DNA of 63,355 bases, counting the filler, from Octopus bimaculoides (lineage: Eukaryota): assembly GCF_001194135.2 (NCBI RefSeq). It is 7 parts of 7 records of this genome, joined end to end, with 100 filler letters (N's around TTAATTAATTAA, not from the genome) between each part and the next. Parts side by side here need not be neighbours in the genome. Positions count along the whole stretch, not along the records: positions 25,911 to 39,278 come from NC_069002.1; positions 39,379 to 63,355 come from NC_068991.1; 5 more parts are not named here. One strand, written 5' to 3'. Numbering within the stretch: position 1 is the stretch's first letter; each line of letters begins with the position of its first letter. Below are positions 38,241 to 51,000 of this stretch, in pieces. Below the pieces are notes generated by a model. It did not search any database, was not told the DNA's origin, and saw nothing but the letters and a program-made list of their open reading frames with translations. A program made the position numbers and the translations under genes.

Positions 38241-39064
38241 TTTATTAGAATATTAAATGAGACAACCAGAAAGATTCCCTTGGCAAGATCCACTAATAAT
38301 TGAGTTTGTTTTGTGTTGCATATCGATTTCAAATTAAGATATATAAAGATCTAAAGATAATATTTTCTTAAGTTACAAAATTAAAATTGTTAATAAGCAC
38401 AATATTAAGTTTCACACATCATAAACACTCAGAAATATTCAAATTTAGATGTGTATTTTACATTACAATAAAAATACGCAGAACATGCTATGGGTTATTT
38501 AAGTTTAACACAAAAAATAAAATGTTTTCACAAATTTTGCACGCAGGCAACACAAGGCAACTCTGCTCTTATAGAAATAAACTAATTGCCTGACTTTCTA
38601 TAGAACTGAAATTATTAAACATTAATAAATCAGCCTCTATATAGAACATTCTATAGATAGCACAATATAAACATGTGATGTAATAATTTTTACTGAAGAC
38701 GGATATAGTTCGGATTTATTCTTTATAATGCAAATAATACCTGGAGACAATTGCAGTCGACGCATAAAACATTCGACTAAACTTTATTTTATTCAGCGAT
38801 ATAGCTACAGGTCAGCTGTAATTCAAATCCATAAAATACGATTGGCATATGTATTAGAACATTTATTAATAAACTGAAAAGACAATATTCAGTTTACTTG
38901 TGAACAGTGAATATTTAGTAATAAATAAATACCAGCTGCGGATACAGAGAGTAATATCATAATGAAAATGATATTGACTCTCTGTGATAAATGAATTATG
39001 CAGTTAATGTTGCAGCTCAGCAGGTCAGTTAGAGAAAATAACACAAGTTAAAAATGTAATTACA

Positions 39065-39126
<62 letters not shown>

Positions 39127-41384
39127 TAATATTTCGTATGTGTATTTCGTGTGCAAGATTCTTGATGTGGATACGTGTGTTGAAAGAAATACAATTAAAC
39201 CTTGGGAGAGGCATTATGCCGGTAATAAACACCCACGCACTGGTTCAGTCGTTTATTAATTTATATAGTTTTTTGTTANNNNNNNNNNNNNNNNNNNNNN
39301 NNNNNNNNNNNNNNNNNNNNNNTTAATTAATTAANNNNNNNNNNNNNNNNNNNNNNNNNNNNNNNNNNNNNNNNNNNNTATATAATTAATTTTTCGTAGA
39401 ACTTCTTATCTTCCTTTTTGGTACCTTAAGAAAAAAATACTTTTAGTGATGACTGCACCCCTCCTTTTTCATTATTTTCCACATCCTAAAAGAGGTCACC
39501 ATCCTTGAGCTCATGTCTCATGCCAGTAACTATACAATGGTAAAAAAAACTAAATAAATAAGTAAATAAATGGTAAAAAAAACATTCTAAATTGAAAAGA
39601 AATCCCTCCCCCTCCCTCTCTCTTCCCATCTATCTATCTAGCTATTTATCTGACTATGGATCTATCTATCTCCATTGTCCTGGAACCGCACCCAAAAAAC
39701 CACCCAAAAAGCAAAAATAATGTTCACCTCTTCTAAACAAAACAAAAAGAAACCTGATTTATATAAATGAACAAGCTGTTTGCACATTCACTATTTTATT
39801 TGACAAGTTTGAAGACCAACGAAAGCACTTATTGTTATGACTAAATAAAAAAATTCTTTTTCCAAAATTTTAGCAACCTCCTCATTTTTCAATATTCAAT
39901 ATCTGTATAGAACTTCTAATACTCTATACATATCTACTTAGATGTACTAGACATCAGAATGAATGTATCAGCATCAAGCTCCCAGCTGAGAGACACCAAA
40001 AACACAGAAGAACTCCTCACAGAAATATCTTGTAAGTTGAACTTACTCACATCAAAACTGGACACAGTCTTCGTCAATACAGATAAGACTGTGAATAATA
40101 CTCATATGCTAGCAGCTCTAACAACAGAAACGAACAACAAAAAAATAGCAAGAATTGATAGACGACAAGAAAATCACTTGAAACCATAACTCTGGAAAAA
40201 ACTACTTAATTAACGAAATCATGCATATTGGAAAAGCATTCAGTGTAACAATATGGCCAACACCTACCAGAATTGGGAAATCAAAGAAAACCCAACCCTT
40301 CCAAGAAAAATTTCTTATTAAAGAAATAAGAAGTGAATCACTGGAAGAGACAACGATACGTGCAAACTTAGCTTTATGCCAACTAGAGCAGAAATATCTC
40401 TTCTCCAATTATGAAAAATACAACACGAAGAAAGAGTAAAAACAATTGATGCAGTTATGTTTACTGAAATCGCCAACAAATTGCAACATTTATGACACAA
40501 AGTGGGAAGAAGAAAAATCCATAAAAATGTGGGAAAAACAACAAGAATGGTTCACTAACTATGGAAAAAAACTATGGAGAAAAACCCATTATGAAAACAA
40601 AACCACCACAACAAAAAATACGAGGAAATCGAAAACAAGCATAGTCACCAACCCCAGAGGAACCAGACTAAGGTATCGAACCTCTGGTTACCCTAGAACA
40701 TACGCAGAAATGACCTGCATCTCACACCAGATGCAAACTAGAAACCCATATTCTGTAATACATAACACTGCAATAAGCCAACACATGAAATATAGAAGAC
40801 AACCATCAACTCTTAATATCAAATACATGGACAATAATATCAAATAAATGGACAAATACATGGGAAAGAAGACATGAAAGACAAATAACAGATAGACAAA
40901 CACCAACCCATAATATTATGTACCCTAGGTGGATGAATACATGGGAAGAAAGACAAAAAGACTATGGACAACACAGAAACCATAATATGAATAACCACTA
41001 TGGTAACTCAAAAATCCCATATATCTTGAATGGCCCAAAAAACATGGAAAATGGGAAGAAAACAGAACCTATGGACTATGGAATTCATGCAAAAAACATG
41101 AACCTCCCCCACCTACATGGGAACCAGTACCACAAAATCAGAAAATAGAGACACAGTAACTCAATACCTTTTTTAGAGAGAAAATACCACAATCTCACAC
41201 CAAATCTGACACAAAACAAAATTTTAATGAACACACAAAACATAAACCTGAAAATCATAAATTTGTCACCTCAAGAATGAGACGAACCTTCTATTAAAAG
41301 GTTTCAAGTTTACCCCTACACCCACCCCTAATCTCATTGAACTGAATCTGATATTGAACATTTCAACCGCCACCTCCAACTTAT

Positions 41385-42890
41385 CCCTTTCGTTACTATA
41401 TTTCTGACCAAAATACACCCCTCATGAGTTTCAATTAAATTCTAAAATAATCATGAATTTAGACTAATGTTATATATGTGTGTGTGTGTGTGTGTTCTTG
41501 ATATTCTTTCAGAGCAAGTCGTTTTACATCTATTACACTATTTTTCTTTTGTTTCTTGACTCCGGTGAGGTGTCTCAGAACATTCATGATGTGAATGTTC
41601 CGAGCCCTCTCCCACCCACTCCTTTCGCGAGTGCGCATTTTTTTCTTCATATTCGTTCCCAGCGAGTTGTTTTACACCTATCAGACTAATATTTTTAAAT
41701 TTTTGTCACCGGGTCAAACGCTTTAGTTTGACCACCCTTGTTATGGTATAAACGTGATAAATTCCAGACCACATCATACCCTAGGCCATGCTGACTAACA
41801 TTATTGTCTCTTTTCCCTGTATAAAAGCTAAATCCACAGCAGTACCCAGTATTTGCATCACAAATTTTCCAAACTTTGATCCCCCATTTTGTGGGCTTTC
41901 CTGGCATATACTGTCGGAAGCGTACTCTTCCTTTATACCCCACCATGCCCTCATCGACGGATAAGTATCTCTCAGGCTTGTAAAATGTTTTATATGCATT
42001 TTGAACGCAGTCAATGAGGGGTCTTATTTTAAATAAGGGATCAAAGCTTGGTTCTCCACGTACCGGGGGTACTGCTAGTGTCTCTCACATGTAAATATTG
42101 GTTCAGCTTAACGAATCGTACTCGCATCATAATACTGGAAACATATTCATCGCCAAAAGGTTCCTGATTGCTCCAGTAATTTGTTATTCTGGGTAACTGT
42201 CTAATACCCATAATAATATTTATAACAAAAATGCCCGTATTTCATCTACGGTTGCAGGAAACTACAAGCTATCTTTTTTTCTGGTTTGTTTACATTCTGC
42301 GTAACGGTTTGTTTTCACAGTAATCATTTCAAACAAGCATGTTGGAAAAAATAAGAAAAAGAAGTCTAAAGGTTTCGCTTCCTAGACCCTGTCTCCTCAG
42401 AAAAATTGTTAATAAAAATATTTTAAAAATCTTTACTCCATTCTGGTGTAAAATCATCCTCGCTGTCGCTGTCGCCGTTGCTGCTTTCGGTTTCGGATAC
42501 AGAAATATCCAATTCATTATCGTTCCCCACATGCTTTTGTAGCNNNNNNNNNNNNNNNNNNNNNNNNNNNNNNNNNNNNNNNNNNNNNNNNNNNNNNNNN
42601 NNNNNNNNNNNNNNNNNNNNNNNNNNNNNNNNNNNNNNNNNNNNNNNNNNNNNNNNNNNNNNNNNNNNNNNNNNNNNNNNNNNNNNNNNNNNNNNNNNNN
42701 NNNNNNNNNNNNNNNNNNNNNNNNNNNNNNNNNNNNNNNNNNNNNNNNNNNNNNTCAGGTGTTTTAACGAATGTACTAACGAGATTTGGGTTCAAATTTA
42801 CATTCATATAACAATGGGTACTCTGGCCGGCTTAGTCTTATGAACCAAAAATTTTTTCGGCCGGCTACGGCTGGGTTAGTAACGAAAGGG
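41385..42890 (-). mobile_element. piggyBac (PGBD4-like) defective copy 1
   Basis: TIR CCCTTTCGTTACTA at both ends; TTAA at 42891-42894 and TTAT at 41381-41384. Transposase core FDPLFKIRPLID...YKPERYLSVDEGMVGYKGRVRFRQYMPGKPTKWGIKVWKICDANTGY is present; the C-terminal part is replaced by unrelated DNA (41468-41740). Confidence 0.92.
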
Positions 42891-42916
42891 TTAAAGGTAA
42901 AACATGGGAAGCTAGT

Positions 42917-43102
42917 CTTTTATGTGCCGCCCGCACAAGAGCCAGTCCAGGGGCACTGGCAACGATCTCACTTGGCTTGCACAGCACATTTCCAAAGGTC
43001 TCGGTCAGTAGTCATCGCCTTGGTGAGGCCCAATGTTCGAAGGTCTTGCCTCACCACCTCAGCCCAGGTTTTCCTGGGCCTACCTCTTCCACGGGTTCCC
43101 TC
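42917..43102 (-). mobile_element. 3' end of an RTE LINE
   Basis: EGTRGRGRPRKTWAEVVRQDLRTLGLTKAMTTDRDLWKCAV followed by one unit of the approximately 65-bp tail repeat also seen at 47575-47890. Confidence 0.85.
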
Positions 43103-46100
43103 ATAGACACAATTTAAAAATTTCCCCTAAATACTTACAGATGCAAACAAAACCTTTTTGAAGAAGAAAAGGAAGCCTTACTAACACTGAAGAATGACAA
43201 CTCATTTATCCTAAAAGAAGCCAATAAGCAAGGGGCGATAGTAATCATGGACAAGGACTACTATAAAGACAAAATATTGGAAATTTTACCAAACCAAACC
43301 TACCACAAGGAAGAACCAAGACACCCCCCAAGAAAAACAATAATGAATAAAATCAGAACACTAATCAATGAATATCAAGATTCATTCACAGTCAAGAGAA
43401 TAATTTTGATCAGGAGTACAAGAAATATATCATTAAAAAGTGGAAATGCTTCCTTGATGCCTCATCTTTTAGGACAAATCAAATGCGGACCTCAATATAT
43501 TTAACAATATACTCAACACACTTCACCTATCCATCAAATTCATGACAGAATCCAGTTGCAATGCATTACCATTCCTGGATATCCACATAAAAATACAGAA
43601 CTCCATAGTCACAACAGACATATTTTACAAAAAAAACTGACACACACCAATATTTAAATTTCTACTCTTGCCATCTATCACATCAAAAGGAACATCCCAT
43701 ACAACATGGCAAGACGCATCTGTGCCATAGCATCTGACCCCAAAATACGTGAAATCCAACTCAATGAGCTCAAAGGCTTCCTCACAATGCAGAAATACCC
43801 CTTAGGATTAATTAACGAGGGAATTAAAAAGGCGATGAAACTGAGCATCACCCAGCTATGGATACCTAAGGAAAAAATTAATGAACACATGATTCCATTT
43901 GTTAATACACACAGTCCTGGGATAACCAGCATCTTTTATGCCATAAATTCGAACTTACCTATACTACTACAAAGCCCCCAAATGAACATTCTGATTGAAA
44001 AAAAACCCTTACAGAATAGTAGACATCAACCAAAAAATCTTAAAAACCATCTCATATGAGCAGAATTCACATCAGGGAATGAATCAAAATTCTTAGTAAA
44101 AGAATGTGGAGACAGGAGATGTGGAACATGCAACAACAACTTTAAACATTACCCTTTTCTTAACTATTATTAAAAGCAAGTAGAAAAAAAATCTGCTTGC
44201 CTCTGCTCTCTCATTTGTTTTCCTCTGCCTTTCTCTTCTTTGTTTTTTTCTCTCTTCATGTTCCCTGCTTGAGGAGAAGAGAAAAGCAATTAATTTACTG
44301 CTTTCTTTCATTTTTTTCTCACTTAACAAACAGGATCTTTTTCTATTTAGACTTCTTAAATATTAGTTGCTTATAATTTATACTAAGAAATGAAGGAATC
44401 TATGGAAGAGTATGAAAAAATTTCACGAGGATAGTGAAAATTATCAATAGTTAATTTTATATTATACAAAAATTATTTATCCTGAAAAAAAGTAAGGCAT
44501 GCAGTGCATGTGTTGCATACATACACCCTTTGCCCCTGATAGGAGGAGGTGGTGAAAGCTGATTTTAGGTTGTCGAAATGAGCAAAGGGCTGAGATGATC
44601 TAATGCTTGAAAACATCTGCCAACTACAGCATGACTGAGACTGTCAGAGCATATAACTGGGTCTCTGCCAAGCCTACAACTGTTGCTTCTTCCCCAACTT
44701 TTCACTACCCACCAACTGGGTTTGTCCACTCTGCTACTTCTTATTGACATGCATTCCTCACTGTTATCTTCGGCCACCCCTACTCCTGTTTGTAACCATC
44801 ATTTACTTTCCCTCACATGCAAATTTAACCCTACCCCTCATCACTGTATCACTCACCCCTCTTCTATCTACTGTTTTGTTCTGGTGCTGTAAGAAATGAA
44901 AGCAGAACCATGTCACCATCTCTATTATGCCTGTCACAACTCTTTGTTCTCTGTGTTACTCCTGGTCAGCATCCATGCCTAATTCTTATTGTCTTCCACT
45001 ATGTTTACCATCCCCACTTCTATTCACCATACTACATTCATCCTTTATATACATCTGACCACTTCTACACATGTTTATATTGATTTCTTATTCTCTTCCC
45101 ACACTCTTGCATCCTTACCCACTATGCCTGATTCTTGTCTCCATGCTGTGTTATAGTCTCCTTCTTGGATATATTACCATGTGGGTATATTCTATTTTCT
45201 ATGCTGGGGAAGGACGACCTCTCCACATAACTGCCAACATACTTTCGCATAAGTTTGTGTTAACAGACTGATATTTTGGCTAATTTTCAATGTTACATTA
45301 TAAGTAACTATTATTGTGCCTAAACAAACTTAACCTGGTTTCCTAGCCTACAACACTCAGTCTGTAATACAACCTCATTAGGCACAAGGCAATGTTTTGA
45401 GACATTTAAAACAAACAGGAAGAACATGTTTCTTGTATACCAGTAAATACAGTATGTATAATTCAGCATTGCAATAACAAATTATATTTAATTTAATTGT
45501 ATTTTAATTTCAGTACTATCAACACATGAAAAGAGCACAGTTTATGACTGCATCTTACCCCAGTCCTTAGAGCACCTCTTGCATAATCTAGACACATAAG
45601 CAACATAGTACAATATTCTTCAGTACTATGTTCTAACTGAAGTAGAAAAAATACACAAGTAGCTGAAGCATCTGTTTATTTATCACCTCTTAGTGAATTG
45701 ATTAGCCAACAAATTTGATTGAAACTTAGTTACCACATTACCTTCCATTCAGTGAAAACCTGCTTAATGACTCATGCAATGTACTCTAACGCAAGATACA
45801 AGAACACTGAGTTTGTGAAATGTTGTCTGTCATATCCATCTATTCATAAAAAGCTGAAATACTTTGCAGATGGATGTAGAGATGTTCGTGTAGTCGGGTG
45901 CAGAGATATCAGATACCATTTATACATTCATGCTGGACTTACTTGCGTTACTGACTGGTTATCTTTTTCTCTTGCATATTTTTATGTATGTACTGTAAAT
46001 TTACATCAATTATTCTAGCAGTCTCAGCATTTGAAATGCTTAGTAGAAATAGGAAAAACATTGATGTTTCTATGGAAAATAGATTGTGTTAATGTAGAAA

Positions 46101-46777
46101 AATTCATAGTGCAGATTAACATAAAGAAATATATTTTCTATTTCTTACCAGCTTTGACTGTGACCAGTCTAGACAGTAAAAATGGTTCCTATTTGAATGT
46201 TATGAAAACTTAGTATAGCTAACCATGTAATCTAAAAAAGTGTTCTTTGCTCATGAAATAACTCCTAGCAGACGATCTGGGGAAATCATCATTCTTCTTC
46301 TACAAGAGCTTTAATGTTTATCCATAGGCAGACATGCACATATGATGTGACAATCCAGATAATGTGTCCTTTTATTGTAAAAGCTAGCTCGAAAGTGAAG
46401 AAAATTAGTCACTGCTTAATAACATCAACGATAGTAATGAAGCAATCACTGGTAGGCAATTAAAACCCATTAACTTATTTTACCTGTTCAATAAAAGAGT
46501 GTGTAACCAAATAATGATGTAGCATAGTTTGTAATAAAGCATTTACCTGTACAGATTTTCTCTTAGATGTGTTATGCTCATGTGAAAACATGAAAAATCT
46601 TATATTCAGATGAAAAGTATGATAAAAATTATATAATTAGAAATATTCACCTAACATGAAATTATTACTAAATATCTCTTGGATTATCAATTGTAATGTC
46701 ATTACTATATTGACTGTTCATTTCTTTTCCTTATAATTCCTGATTCACAACAGTAATAAAGGTAATTGTTGTTTCAG

Positions 46778-46950
46778 ATGAATTATATATATTTGATTGT
46801 CACTGGAATTATCGCCCAGACCACTGTATGTATATGAGTGTATGTAAATCAGCAGAAAAAGAAGGAGCTGCTATTATACATGGTTGTCGAAGAGTCATGC
46901 ACAATGATCAACAGCCAGCATTTAGATCAGTTTATCGCACATTTAAACAA
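46778..46950 (+). CDS. GXYLT1: Internal coding exon (173 nt, phase 1 to 0) of a glucoside xylosyltransferase (GT8; GXYLT1/2, Drosophila Shams-like)
   Basis: Acceptor ttgttgtttcag and donor CAA|gtaaga. Translation (D)[57 protein letters not shown] aligns without gaps to the GXYLT segment [58 protein letters not shown] (human sequence recalled from memory). GXYLT1 versus GXYLT2 orthology cannot be resolved from one exon. Confidence 0.9.
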
Positions 46951-47315
46951 GTAAGATTTTTAAACTACTACTTTCAAACTGACCTGGAAATAATCTGTCA
47001 TTCAGAAACTTTTCATGTACTGTATTATTTAAGATAATTTGTGTGTGTGTGTGGAAAATATAACATTAAATAATTGATTCATAACATCTTAATATATTTC
47101 TTTGATAGTTACAGAATTATTACATTAGATAAACTTATGTAATTCTTTATGCAGATGCCACTTCATCAGAAGTTTTATACGTGAAGAATTGTGTTTAGTG
47201 ATAGGCACTTATAGGTGTCTAGAAGTTTGAAAGAGATATATTTAAAAGATTGTAGACATGCAGTCTGCTTTGAGTTTAAAGCAGTCAGATGTGTTTACAT
47301 ATATCTATGTACTGA

Positions 47316-47368
<53 letters not shown>

Positions 47369-47574
47369 ATGCATACATTCTTTTTCTTCTTTTAATTTGG
47401 AGTTAATTTTAACCAGCCACTTGCTTGGTAGCAAGGTTTCAAAGGAGAGCATCATGTTTTTGTTCAACATCTTTTAAATATTAAGAAGGTCTTGCAGATT
47501 TTAATTACCCCATATGTCAGGATCATTTGTTGTGTATGAATTTAAAGAGCAATGTTTTCTCCCCAGAAGACCTG

Positions 47575-48062
47575 TTGGGGCAAGTGAAAGCGAATTTGTG
47601 ATGGCACCTGTACCAGTGGAGCGCTAAGAGCACTGTCTGAGCGTGATCGTTGCCAGAGCAGCTGTTGGGCTTCTGTGCCAGTGGCATGTAAATAGCACCA
47701 TTTGAGCGTGATTATTACCAGCGTCGCCTTCCTGGCACTTGTGTCGGTGGCACGTGAAAAGACATTCGAGCGAGGCCGTTGCCAGTGCCACTGGACTGGC
47801 TCCTGTGCAGGTGGCAAATAAAGTACACCAATTTGAGTGTGGCCGTTGCCAGTACCGCCTGACTGGCCTTCGTGCCGGTGGCACGTAAAAGCACCCACTA
47901 CACTCTCGGAGTGGTTGGCGTTAGGAAGGGCATCCAGCTGTAGAAACTCTGCCAAATCAGATTGGAGCCTTGTGTAGCCATCTAGTTCACCAGTCCTCAG
48001 TCAAATCGTCCAACCCATGCTAGCATGGGAAGCGAATGTTAAACGATGATGATGTTGATGAT
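47575..48062 (+). mobile_element. RTE-related 3' tail with about five degenerate 65-bp tandem units and a (GAT)n end
   Basis: Units GTGCC(A/G)GTGGCA(C/T)GTAAA..GCACC.TT.GAGCG..G.CCGTTGCCAG..CC..GACTGGC, followed by the tail shared with 25575-25810. Confidence 0.75.
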
Positions 48063-48074
48063 GAACCCATGTTC

Positions 48075-51000
48075 AGATGTATTTTGCTCCAATAATAATA
48101 GTTATAAAGCAGAGGATGTATGTTGGGTACTGGATTTGCAAAGTCATTATCAGTGGTCCATAGACATCTTTTTCTTGTATTTTTCTGATCACATTGTCAT
48201 CCGGAGGGCAGTTGGTTTCAACAACAAAGCATATCTTTTTGTTGTGGTCCCATACAACAATATTTGGCTGATGTTTTAACTTGGTTGTTATTTTAATTTT
48301 TAACTTCCAACAATATTCTTTTGACCCCTTGGTCTCAATATCGTCAACTATAGTCTTATCCTGTTTCAGATTGTTTTGGCCACTGCATGGTGTCTCATGG
48401 GAAGATATTTGAAAGTCATTCTGTCCTTGTGGCCAATAATGTGGTTGATATCTTTTTGCACAGCCTACATTTGTTGTCTGCCAATGGTTTTTGCTTGTGC
48501 CTTTTATGCTGCAAATAGTTGATGGGAATTTTTTCTTCTTGAACTGCATAGAGGTAGCTTTCAAAGCAGAGTGTCATAAACTCGTCAGTACTGCATGCCA
48601 AGATTTTGATGTGAACAGTTCTTTCTATGGATTGTGTCTTTCATGCCAAGTGCCCATGCACTATCTTCTCAGTCAACTGAACTTTTTTTTTTTCATGTTA
48701 GAATTTTCCTGTGCTCTTTGGAGAGAGATCTGTATCAGCTCTTATTTCATTAGCTGTCCTAATGATGTTCTTTTTATACTCACAATCTTGGGCAAGATAG
48801 TTACTCACCTTTTCCTATGCTGCGGATGTTGCTTCAGTGTTACAATATGTTTTGTATGACATCAATATGAATTTAAGACCATGGCCACCATCCTTGCATG
48901 TGAAGACTAAATTTTTTTAAACTCAATCAAAGTACTCATTCCTTGCTCTCTCCTTAATAATGGGTCCATCATAGCTGACATTCTCATCCTGCCCAAGCTA
49001 TTAGTAACTTGACCAGAAAGCAGAGGCTGTATTTCTAGGTTGTTTATGCTTAGGGTCATAGAGGAGGGCACTAGCTTCCCGTGTTTTACCTTTAACCCTT
49101 TCGTTACTAACCCAGCCGTAGCCGGCCGAAAAAATTTTTGGTTCATAAGACTAAGCCGGCCAGAGTACCCATTGTTATTTGAATGTAAATTTGAACCCAA
49201 ATCTCGTTAGTACATTCGTTAAAACACCTGATTTCACTTTGCAAACAGTTGAGTTATTGTCTCCGACATTGTTTGGCGTGATATTTGAACTCAGTGAATT
49301 TTGGAAGATTTTTTTCTACATTTTTTCCAGCGTTAATTTTTTTCAACTTTGAAGATGGAGAGGAGTTTCATGCTATCAAGCAGTGATTCCAAATTTGAAG
49401 GTTTTTCAACAGAAGATATGGAGATATCGAAGAAAAGAATGAATGAGCTACAAAAGCTCGTGGTGAACGATAATGAATNNNNNNNNNNNNNNNNNNNNNN
49501 NNNNNNNNNNNNNNNNNNNNNNNNNNNNNNNNNNNNNNNNNNNNNNNNNNNNNNNNNNNNNNNNNNNNNNNNNNNNNNNNNNNNNNNNNNNNNNNNNNNN
49601 NNNNNNNNNNNNNNNNNNNNNNNNNNNNNNNNNNNNNNNNNNNNNNNNNNNNNNNNNNNNNNNNNNNNNNNNNNNNNNNNNNNNNNNNNNNNNNNNNNNN
49701 NNNNNNNNNNNNNNNNNNNNNNNNNNNNNNNNNNNNNNNNNNNNNNNNNNNNNNNNNNNNNNNNNNNNNNNNNNNNNNNNNNNNNNNNNNNNNNNNNNNN
49801 NNNNNNNNNNNNNNNNNNNNNNNNNNNNNNNNNNNNNNNNNNNNNNNNNNNNNNNNNNNNNNNNGTATTAGACAATTACCCAGAATAACAAATTACTGGA
49901 GCAATCAGGAACCTTTTGGCAATGAATATATTTGCAGTATTATGAACGAGTACGATTCATGAAGCTGAACCAATATTTACATGTGAGAGACACTAGCAGT
50001 ACCCGAGTACGTGGAGAACTTTCAGACAAAAATTATGCAATAGAATTGATTAAGAACCCTTTCTTTAATTATGTTCCAAATATCACATTAATATGTTGAT
50101 AAATAAAAAAGTTACAGGTGTTTAATGAGACTAGTCTAAATTCATGATTATTTTAGAATTTAATTGAAACTCATGAGGGGTGTATTTTGGTCAGAAATAT
50201 AGTAACGAAAGGGTTAAACTATAGTAACGAAAGGGTTAAACTATAAAATATTTTTATTAACAATTTTTCTGAGGAGACAGGGTCTACCCATAGTCTTTCT
50301 CAGGAAGCGAAACCTTTAGACTTCTTTTTCATGCTTGTTTGAAATGATTACTGCGAAAACAAACCGTTATGCAGAATGTAAACAAACCGGAAAAAAAAGA
50401 TAGCTTCTGGTTTCCTGCAACTGTAGATGAAATACGGGCATTTTTTGCCATAAATATTATTATGGGTATTAGACAATTACCCAGAATAACAAATTACTGG
50501 AGCAATCAGGAACCTTTTGGCAATGAATATATTTGCAGTATTATGAACGAGTACGATTCATGAAGCTGAACCAATATTTACATGTGAGAGACACTAGCAG
50601 TACCCGAGTACGTGGAGAACTTTCAGACAAAAATTATGCAATAGAATTGATTAAGAACCCTTTCTTTAATTATGTTCCAAATATCACATTAATATGTTGA
50701 TAAATAAAAAAGTTACAGGTGTTTAATGAGACTAGTCTAAATTCATGATTATTTTAGAATTTAATTGAAACTCATGAGGGGTGTATTTTGGTCAGAAATA
50801 TAGTAACGAATNNNNNNNNNNNNNNNNNNNNNNNNNNNNNNNNNNNNNNNNNNNNNNNNNNNNNNNNNNNNNNNNNNNNNNNNNNNNNNNNNNNNNNNNN
50901 NNNNNNNNNNNNNNNNNNNNNNNNNNNNNNNNNNNNNNNNNNNNNNNNNNNNNNNNNNNNNNNNNNNNNNNNNNNCTGGTTTCCTGCAACTGTAGATGAA

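Larger units (their letters stand above)
39960..44200 (+). mobile_element. Decayed Penelope-like element (RT and start of GIY-YIG linker), interrupted by piggyBac and RTE insertions
   Basis: NLSP.E..LLLKGFKFTPTP (about 41260-41330); NL.EEEKEALLTLKND....KEANKQGAIVIMDKDYYKDKI (about 43150-43280); TDIFYKKTDTHQYLNF and NIPYNMARRIC..QLNELK.FL..QKYP..LI (43600-43850); CGD.RCGTC (about 44105). The 5' limit is uncertain. Confidence 0.8.

Noticed and set aside
6961-39334. Recurrent TTAATTAATTAA 12-mer
   Set aside because: Always embedded in N-runs and has stops in six frames: an assembly spacer, not a biological motif or a piggyBac target array.
45512-45600. Plus-strand acceptor with a short open frame near the GXYLT exon
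   Set aside because: No frame resembles the expected WGDQD exon.
47575-47890. CRISPR-like periodic array
   Set aside because: Whole units are homologous and degenerate, with no unique spacers or cas genes; it is attached to a LINE tail in a eukaryote.
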